Positions 55,601 through 64,000 of a stretch of 64,000 bases of DNA are shown here, piece by piece. Location of the stretch: NCBI RefSeq assembly GCF_009914755.1, contig NC_060948.1; one strand, written 5' to 3'. Positions within the stretch are counted from its first letter, which is position 1. Every line of letters starts with the position of its first letter. Made by a program: the position numbers and the translations under genes. The notes under the pieces are model-generated. The model ran no database searches, had not been told where the DNA came from, and saw only the letters and a program-made list of their open reading frames with translations. Source of the DNA: the human T2T-CHM13v2.0 reference genome, Homo sapiens.

Positions 55601-58600
55601 AGCAGAGTGGAATGGAATTGAATCACATGGTATTTAATCAAATCGAATGGAATAAAATCGAATGAAAAAATGGAATCAAAAGCAAACGAATGGAGTCAAA
55701 CCACATTGGTTAGACTGACATCGAATAATATCAAAAGAAATGTGGTGAAGTGGAGTGGAGTGTAATGAAATGGGGTGGAATGAAATTGAATGGAGTGGAG
55801 TGGAGTCTACTGGAGTGGAATGGAATGGAATGGAAAGGAATGGAATAGAATGGAGTGAAGTGCAGTGCAGTGAAATGGAGTGGAAAGGAATGGAATGGAA
55901 AGAATTGAATCAAATGGAATCGAAGTGAATCGAATCTAATGAAATTGAACGCAAAAAATGGAATGAGTAGAATCGAAAAAGATGGATTCAAATGGCAACA
56001 AATAAAATTGAATGGAATGCGGTGAGGTGGAGGGGATTGGAATGGAGTTGAATGGAATGGGGTGTAATTGAATTGAATGGAGTGGAGTGGAGTGAACTGG
56101 AGTGGAATGGAATGGAATGGGCAGGCATGGAATAGAAAGGCGTGGAGTGGAGTGGAATTGAGAGGAGTGGAATGGAGTAGGGTGGATTGTGGTGGAGAAT
56201 ATTGGAAAAGAGTGGAGTGGAATGGAATGGAATGGAGTGGAGTGGAATGGAATGGAATTGAGTGAAGTGGAGTGTAGTGGAATGGAGAGTAATGGAGTGG
56301 AGTGGACTGGAGTGGAGTAGATTGCAGTGCATTGGACTCTAGGGGATAGAAGTGGCTTGGAGTCCAAAGGAGTGGAGTGGAAGGGAATGGAATGGAGTGG
56401 AATGGACTGGAACGGAATGGAATGGAATGGATTTAAATGGAGGGGAATCAAATCGAATTGAATCATATTGAATCAAGTCGAATTGAGTGGAGGAAAGAAA
56501 TCGAATGAAATCGAATGGAATGAGTTGAATGGAGTCGAATGTCAACCATGGAATCGAAAGTAATGTGGTAAAGTGGAGTGGAGTGTTATGGAGTGGAATG
56601 GAATGGGGTGACATGGAATTGAAAACAGTGGAGAGGAGTGGAGTGGTTTAGGCTAGAGTCGAATGGACAGGGAAGGAATGGAACTGAATGGAGTGGAGTC
56701 GATATGGAGTGGAATGGAATGGAATGGAATGGAATGGAACGGAATGGAGTGGAATGGAATCGAATCACATGGAACTGAATGAAATCGAATTGAATGAAAT
56801 TGACTGGAGAAAATGGAATCAAATGGAATCAAATCGAATGGATTCGAGTGACATTGAATGGAATCGAAAGGAATGCAGTGAGGTGGGGTTGAGTGGAATG
56901 GAATGGGATGAATGGAATTGAATGGAGTGGAGTGGAATGGAATGGAATGGAACGGAAAGGAATGGAATTGAACAAACCGGAGTGGAGTGGATTGGAGTGG
57001 AGTGCAGGGGAGTACAGTGGAATGAAGAGGAGTGTAGTTGAATGGAATGGAATGTATGGAACGTACTGGAATGGAATGGATAAGAATGGAATGGAATGGA
57101 ATCGCACGGAATTGAATAGAATCAAATCGAATTGAATAGAATCAAATGGAAAAAATGGAGTCAAATGGAATCCAATGGCATGGAATCGAACGGTTTTGAA
57201 TGGCAGTGAATGGAAACGAAAGGAATGCGATGAAGTGGAGCGCAGTGGAGTGGAAAGGAGTGCAATGGAATAGGGCGGAACTGAATTTAATGGAACAGAG
57301 TGGATTGGAGTGGACTGGAGTGGAATGGAATGGGAAGGAATGGGATTGAAAGGAGTGGCAAGCAGTGGAGTGGAGTGGCATGGAATGGAGTGGAGTGGAA
57401 TGGAGTGGAATGGAATGGAGTGGAATGGAGTGGATTGGAATGGAATGGAGTGGAGAGGAATGGAATGGAATGGTATAGAGTGGACAGGATTGGAGTGGAG
57501 TGGATTGGAATGGAATGGAATGGAATGGAATGGAATGGAACTGAATGGACTGGAATTGAATGGAATAGAATGGAATCGCAGGGAATCAAATTGGTTTGAA
57601 TCGAATCCAATGGAAAAAATGAAATCAAATGAAATTCAATGGAATCGAAATGAATGTAAACAATGGAATCCAATGGAATCCAATGGAATCGAATCAAATG
57701 GTTTTGAATGGCTTAAAATGAAATCGCATGGAAGGCAGTGAATTGGAGTGGATTGGAATAGAGAGGAATGAATTGGAATGGAGTGTAGTGGAATGTAGTG
57801 GATTCCAGTGGAGTGGAGTGGATTGGATTGGAATGGAATGGAACAGATTGGATTGGAGTTGTGCAGAGTGGAGTGGACTGGAGTGGAGAGGAATGGAGTG
57901 GAGTGATGTCGAGTTGAGTGGAATGGAATGGAGTGGAGCAGAGTGGAATTCAAATGAATGAAGTGGATTGGTATGGAATGGAATGGCGTGGAATGGAGTG
58001 GAATAGAATGGAATGGAATCGCATGGAAGGATATCAAATCAAATGGAATCCAACGGAAAATTATGAATCCAGTGGAATCGAAATGATTCCAAAGGAATAG
58101 ATTCGAAAGGAATTGAATGCAATGGAAAGGAATGCAGTGAAGTGGAGTGGAGTGGAATGGATTGTTTTAGAGTGAAATGGGGTGGATTGGAACTCTATGG
58201 GGTGGAGTGGAGCGAAGTGGATTGGAGTGGAATGGAGTGCAATGGACTGGAGTGGAGTGGAATAGATTGGAGTGGAGTGGAGTGGATCGGAGTGTAGTGC
58301 CGTGGAGTGGACTAGAGTGGGGTGGAGTGGAGTGCATTGGAGTGGAATGGAGTGGAGTGCGGTGGAAGGGAATGGAATGGCATCAAATCGCATGGTAATG
58401 AATCAAATGCAATCAAATGGAATGTAAATAATGGAATCGAAGGCAAACGAATGGAATCGAATTGCACTGATTCTACTGACTTGGAACAAAATGAAATGAA
58501 ACGCGGTGAAGTGGAGTGGAGTGGAATGTATTAGGGTGGAATGGAATTGAATGGTGTGGAGTGGAGTGGAGTGTCCAGGAGTGGAATGGGAAGAAATGGA

Positions 58601-61600
58601 ATTGAACGGAGTGGAGTGGAGTGGAATGGAGGGTAATGGAGTGGAATGGAGTGGAGTGGAGTAGAGTGGAATGGGTTAGAGTGGAATGCAGAGGACAGGA
58701 GTGGAGTGCAGTGGACTGGAGTGGAGTGGAGTGGAGTGGATTGGATTGAAACAGAGCGGAGCAGAGTGGAATGGAATTGAATCACATGGTATTGAATCAA
58801 ATCGAATGGAATTAAATCGAATGAAAAAATGGAATGAAAAGCAAACGAATGGAGTCAAACCACATTGGTTAGACTGACATCGAATAATATCAAAAGAAAT
58901 GCGGTGAAGTGGAGTGGAGTGTAATGAAATGGGGTGGAATGAAATTGAATGGAGTGGAGTGGAGTGGAGTCTACTGGAGTGGAATGGAATGGAATGGAAA
59001 GGAATGGAATAGAATGGAGTGAAGTGCAGTGCAGTGAAATGGAGTGGAAAGGAATGGAATGGAAAGAATTGAATCAAATGGAATCAAAGTGAATCGAATC
59101 TAATGAAATTGAAAGCAAAAAATGGAATGAGTAGAATCGAAAAAGATGGATTCAAATGGCAACAAATAAAATTGAATGGAATGCGGTGAGGTGGAGGGGA
59201 TTGGAAAGGAGTTGAATGGAATGGGGTGTAATTGAATTGAATGGAGTGGAGTGGAGTGAACTGGAGTGGAATGGAATGGAATGGGCAGGCATGGAATTGA
59301 AAGGCGTGGAGTGGAGTGGAATTGAGAGGATTGGAAAGGAGTAGGGTGGATTGTGGTGGAGAATATTGGAAAAGAGTGGAGTGGAATGGAATGGAATGGA
59401 GTGGAGTGGAATGGAATGGAATTGAGTGAAGTGGAGTGTAGTGGAATGGAGAGTAATGAAGTGGAGTGGACTGGAGTTGAGTAGATTGCAGTGCATTGGA
59501 CTGCAGGGGATAGAAGTGGCTTGGAGTCCAAAGGAGTGGAGTGGAATGGAGTGGAATGGAATGGAATGGAATGGAATGGAATGGAATGGAATGGAATGGA
59601 ACGGAATGGAGTGGAATGGAATCGAATCACATGGAATTGAATGAAATCGAATTGAATGAAATTGAATGGAGAAAATGGAATCAAATGGAATCAAATCGAA
59701 TGGATTCGAATGACATTGAATGGAATCGAAAGGAATGAAGTGAGGTGGGGTTGAGTGGAATGGAGTGGAATGGAATGTCATGAATCGAGTTGAATGGAGT
59801 GGAGTGGAATGGAATGGAATGGAAAGGAATGGAATTGAACAAAATGGAGTGTAGTAGAATGGAGTGGATTGGAGTGGAGTGCAGGGGAGTGCAGTGGAAT
59901 GAAGAGGAGTGTAGTTGAATCTAATGGAATGTATGGAACGTACTGGAATGGAATGGATAAGAATGGAATGGAATGGAATCGCATGGAATTGAATAGAATC
60001 AAATTGAATTGAATAGAATCAAGAGGAAAAATTGGAGTCAAATGGAATCCAATGGCATAGAATCGGACGGTTTTGAATGGCAGTGAATGGAAACGAATGG
60101 AATGCGATGAAGTGGAGCGGAGTGGAGTGGAAAGGAGTGCAATGGAATAGGGTGGAAATGAATTTAATGGAACAGAGTGGATTGGAGTGGACTGGAGTGG
60201 AATGGAATGGGAAGCAATGGGATTGAAAGGAGTGGCGTGCAGTGGAGTGGAGTGGCATGGAGTGTAGTGGAGTGGAATGGAGTGGAATGGCATGGAGTGG
60301 AATGGAGTGGATTGGAATGGAGTGTATTACAGTGGAGTGGAGTGGATAGGATTGGAATGGAATGGAATGGATTGCAGTGGAGTGGTGCCGAGTGGAGTGG
60401 ACTGGATTGGAGAGGAATGGAGTGGAGTGAAGTCGATTTGAGTGGAATGGAATGAAGTGGAGTGGAGTGGAATGCAGTGAAATGCAGTAGAATGAAGTGG
60501 ATTGGAATGGAATGGAATGGCGTGGAATGGAGTTGAATGGAATGGAATGGAGTGGAATGGAATGGAATAGCATGGAATGAAATCGAATCCAATCGAATCC
60601 AATGGAAAACTATGAATCAAATGGAATCGAATGGATTCCAAATGAGTGGATTCGAATGGCATTGCATGGAGTGGAAAGGAATGCGGTGAAGTGGAGTGGA
60701 GTGGAATGTATTGGATTGGAATGGGGTGTATTGGAATTCTATGGAGTGGAGTGGAGTGGATTGGAGTGGAATGGAGTGGAATGAACTGGAGTAGAGTGGA
60801 ATGGATTGGAGTGGAGTGTAGTGGACTGGAGTGGAGTGCTGTGGAGTGCAGTAGAGTGTGGTGGGGTGGAGTGGATTGGAGTAGAATAGAGTGGAGTGGA
60901 GTGTAATGGAATGGAATGGAATCAAATCACATGGTAACAAATCAAATCGAATGGAAAAAATGGAATTGAATGCAAGCGAATGGAATCGAATTGCACTGAT
61001 TCTACTGAGTTCGAATAAAATCAAATGAAATGCGGTGAAGTGGAGTGGAGTGGAATGAAATGGGTTGGAAAGGAATTCAATGGTGTGGAGTGCAGTGGAG
61101 TGTCCTGGAGTGGAATGGAATGGAATGGAATGGGAAGGAGAGGAATTTTACAGAGTGGAGTGGAATGGAGCGGAATGGAGTGTAATGGAGTGGAGTGGAG
61201 TGGAGTGGAATGGGTTGGAGTGGAGTGCAGTGGACAGGAGTGGAGTGCAGTGGACTGGAGTGGAGTGGAGTGGTAAAGAGTGGAGCGGAGTGGAATGGAA
61301 TGGAATGGAATGGAATCACATGGTATTGAATCAAATCCAACTGAATTAAATCGAAAGGAAAAAATGGAATCGAATGCAAACAAATGGAATCGAATCACAT
61401 CGTTTCGACTGACATTGAATAAAATCAAAAGAAATGCGTTGAAGTGGAGTGGAGTGGAATGAAATGGGGTGGAATGGAATTGAATGGAGTTGATTGCAGT
61501 GGAGTCGACTGGAGTGGAACGGAATGGAATGGGAAGGAATGGAATTAAATGGAGTGGAGCGCAGTACAGTGAAATGGAGTGGAATGGTATGGAATGGAAT

Positions 61601-64000
61601 GGAATGGAATTGCATAGAATAGAATCGAATTGAATCTAATGTAACTGAACGGAAAAAATGGAAATGAATAGAATCAAAAACAATGGATTCGACTGGCATC
61701 TAATAGAATGAAATGGAATGCGGTGAGGTGGAGTGGATTGTAATGGAGTTGAATGGAATGGGGTGTAATTGAATTGAATGGAGTGGAGTGGAGTGAACTG
61801 GAGTGGAATGGAATGGAATGGGCAGGCATGGAATTGAAAGGCGTGGAGTGGTGTGGAATTGAGAGGAGTGGAATGGAGTAGGGTGGATTGTAGTGGAGAA
61901 TATTGGAAAAGAGTGGAGTGGAATGGAATGGAATGGAGTGGAGTGGAATGGAATGGAATTGAGTGAAGTGGAGTGTAGTGGAATGGAGAGTAATGGAGTG
62001 GAGTGGACTGGAGTGGAGTAGATAGCAGTGCATTGGACTGTACGGGATAGAAGTGGCTTGGAGTGCCATGGAGTGGAGTGGAATGGAATGGAATGGAGTG
62101 GAATGGACTGGAACGGAATGGAATGGAATGGAATGGAATGGATTTAAATGGCAGGGAATCAAAACGAATTGAATCATATTGAATCAAGTCGAATCGAGTG
62201 GAGGAAAGAAATCGAATGAAATCGAATGGAATGAGTTGAATGGAGTCGAAAGTCAACCATGGAATCGAAAGTAATGTGGTAAAGTGGAGTGGAGTGGAGT
62301 GTTATGGAGTGGAATGGAATGGGGTGACATGGAATTGAATACAGTGGAGAGGAGTGGAGTGGATTGGGCTAGAGTGGAATGGAAAGGGAAGGAATGGAAC
62401 TGAATGGAGTGGAGTGGAATGGAGTGGAATGAAATGGAATGGAATGGAATGGAATGGAACGGAATGGAGTGGAATGGAATCGAATCACATGGAACTGAAT
62501 GAAATCGAATTGAATGAAATTGACTGGAGAAAATGGAATCAAATGGAATCAAATCGAATGGATTCGAATGACATTGAATGGAATCGAAAGGAATGCAGTG
62601 AGGTGGGGTTGAGTGGAATGGAATGGGATGAATGGAATTGAATGGAGTGGAGTGGAATGGAATGGAATGGAACGGAAAGGAATGAAATTGAACAAACTGG
62701 AGTGGAGTGGATTGTAGTGGAGTGCAGGGGAGTGCAGTGGAATGAAGAGGAGTGTAGTTGAATGGAATGGAATGTATGGAACGTACTGGAATGGAATGGA
62801 TAAGAATGGAATGGAATGGAATCGCATGGAATTGAATAGAATCAAATCGAATTGAATAGAATCAAATGGAAAAAATGGAGTCAAATGGAATCCAATGGCA
62901 TAGAATCGAACGGTTTTGAATGGCAGTGAATGGAAACGAAAGGAATGCGATGAAGTGGAGCGCAGTGGAGTGGAAAGGAGTGCAATGGAATAGGGCGGAA
63001 CTGAATTTAATGGAACAGAGTGGATTGGAGTGGACTGGAGTGGAATGGAATGGGAAGGAATGGGATGGAAAGGAGTGGTGTGCAGTGGAGTGGAGTGGCA
63101 TGGAGTGGAGTGGAGTGGAATGGAGTGGAATGGAATGGAGTGGAATGGAGTGGATTGGAATGGAATGGAGTGCAGAGGAATGGAATGGAATGGTATAGAG
63201 TGGACAGGAATGGAGTGGCGTGGATTGGAATAGAATGGAATGGAATGGAATGGAATGGAACGGAACTGAATGCACTGGAATTGAATGTAATAGAATTGAA
63301 TCGCAGGGAATCAAACTGGTTTGAATCGAATCGAATGGAAAAAATGAAATCAAATGAAATTGAATGGAATCGAAATGAATGTAAACAATGGAATCCAACG
63401 GAGTCACATGGAATCGAATCAAATGCTTTTGAAAGGCTTAAAATGAAATCGCATGGAAGGCAGTGAATTGGAGTGGAGTGGAATAGAGAGGAATGAATTG
63501 GAATGGAGTGCAGTGGAATGTAGTGGATTCCAGTGGATTGGAGTGGATTGGATTGGAATGGAATGGAACAGATTGGATTGGAGTTGTGCAGAGTGGAGTG
63601 GACTGGAGTGGAGAGGAATGGAGTGGAGTGAAGTCGAGTTGAGTGGAATGGAATGGAGTGGAGCAGATTGGAATGCAAAAGAATGAAGTGGATTGGTATG
63701 GAATGGAATGGCGTGGAATGGAGTGGAATAGAATGGAATGGAATCGCATGGAAGGATATCAAATCAAATGGAATCGAACGGAAAATTATGAATCCAATGG
63801 AATCGAAAGGATTTTAAAGGAATGGATTCGAAAGGCATTGAATGGAATGGAAAGGAATACAGTGAAGTGGAGTGGAGTGAAGTGGATTGTTTTAGAGTGA
63901 AATGGGGTGGATTGGAACTCTATGGGGTGGAGTGGAGCAAAGTGGATTGGAGTGGAATGGAGTGCAATGGACTGGAGTGGAGTGGAATGGATTGGAGTGG
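52700..64000 (+). repeat. Diverged flank units of the same satellite (3171, 3159 and 2535 bp, plus a partial unit)
   Basis: Many private substitutions and a 65-bp segment missing from core units; shared flank alleles gaacgtact, tagggcgg, ggcttaaaat, gaacagattgg, ttgtgcagag. Confidence 0.88.
58835..61369 (+). repeat. Truncated, diverged ~2.5-kb unit lacking two internal segments (~305 and ~350 bp)
   Basis: The distance gtcca to cgaatcac is 97 bp here versus ~400 bp elsewhere; gcgtg to tt(c/a)ca is 92 bp versus 440 bp; landmark motifs are heavily mutated from ~60320. Confidence 0.85.

Larger units (their letters stand above)
2721..58834 (+). repeat. ~3.1-kb higher-order repeat units in head-to-tail tandem
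   Basis: The landmark tcaaaagcaaacga..gtcaaaccacattggttagactgacatcg recurs at 2721, 5842, 8963, 12103, 15209, 18326, 21433, 24525, 27640, 30755, 33866, 36983, 40090, 43197, 46289, 49390, 52505, 55676 and 58835 (spacing 3092-3171 bp), with a degenerate copy at ~61370. The ORF track repeats with the same spacing. Confidence 0.97.
1..64000 (+). repeat. Human Satellite 3 (HSat3)-type pentameric satellite array, (GGAAT)n/(CATTC)n with abundant GGAGT variant
   Basis: GGAAT/GGAGT pentamers and degenerate forms (CGAAT, CAAAT, TGAAT) run from the first to the last base; the purine-rich strand is + throughout; no unique sequence seen. Confidence 0.97.

Noticed and set aside
56695-56710. Phase-breaking gagtcgatatggagt insertion
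   Set aside because: It is a small single-copy indel in a diverged unit with no further structure.
54-63900. Hundreds of ORFs up to 401 aa (IPFHS/TPLHS on the minus strand, MEWNG/VEWSG on the plus strand)
   Set aside because: Perfect CATTC, CACTC, GGAAT and GGAGT repeats contain no stop codon and translate to these pentapeptides in all frames. ORF limits change from unit to unit and no recognisable domain is present.
1-64000. HSat2 or canonical DYZ1 assignment
   Set aside because: CGAAT-rich blocks occur, but the HSat2 hallmark ATCATCGAATGG repeats were not seen. The period is ~3.1 kb rather than ~3.6 kb, and no DYZ2 (Alu/AT-rich) blocks are present.
1-64000. Transposon insertion or inversion within the array
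   Set aside because: No Alu, L1 or LTR sequence, poly(A) tail or switch to a CATTC-rich plus strand was seen.
1-64000. Heat-shock elements or promoters as annotatable features
   Set aside because: GAA cores are mostly direct rather than alternating inverted nGAAn repeats, so no specific regulatory site can be supported from sequence alone.

Overview
The whole 64-kb window is one uninterrupted, single-orientation tandem array of primate (most likely human) Satellite 3-type DNA built from GGAAT and GGAGT pentamers. I see no genes, RNA genes, transposon insertions or inversions, and every ORF in the track is a translation artefact of the pentamer. The interest is structural, with four nested levels: (1) 5-bp monomers; (2) eight degenerate 280-550-bp modules per unit, each marked by a homologous ~47-bp anchor; (3) a ~3.1-kb higher-order unit, present as 19 complete and 2 partial copies; (4) an 18.65-kb six-unit block (A-B-C-D-E-F, ~9.25-27.9 kb) duplicated in tandem, whose second copy (~27.9-52.7 kb) gained two further single-unit duplications. 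A homogeneous, probably young core is flanked on both sides by units that share alleles absent from the core, and a deleted, strongly diverged unit lies at ~59.5-61.7 kb. The period and composition suggest the 3.1-kb repeat of the Yq11/Yq12 transition (DYZ18 to DYZ1), but this is an unverified inference from memory. No novel coding system is supported. All comparisons were made by eye from marker motifs, not by computed alignment.
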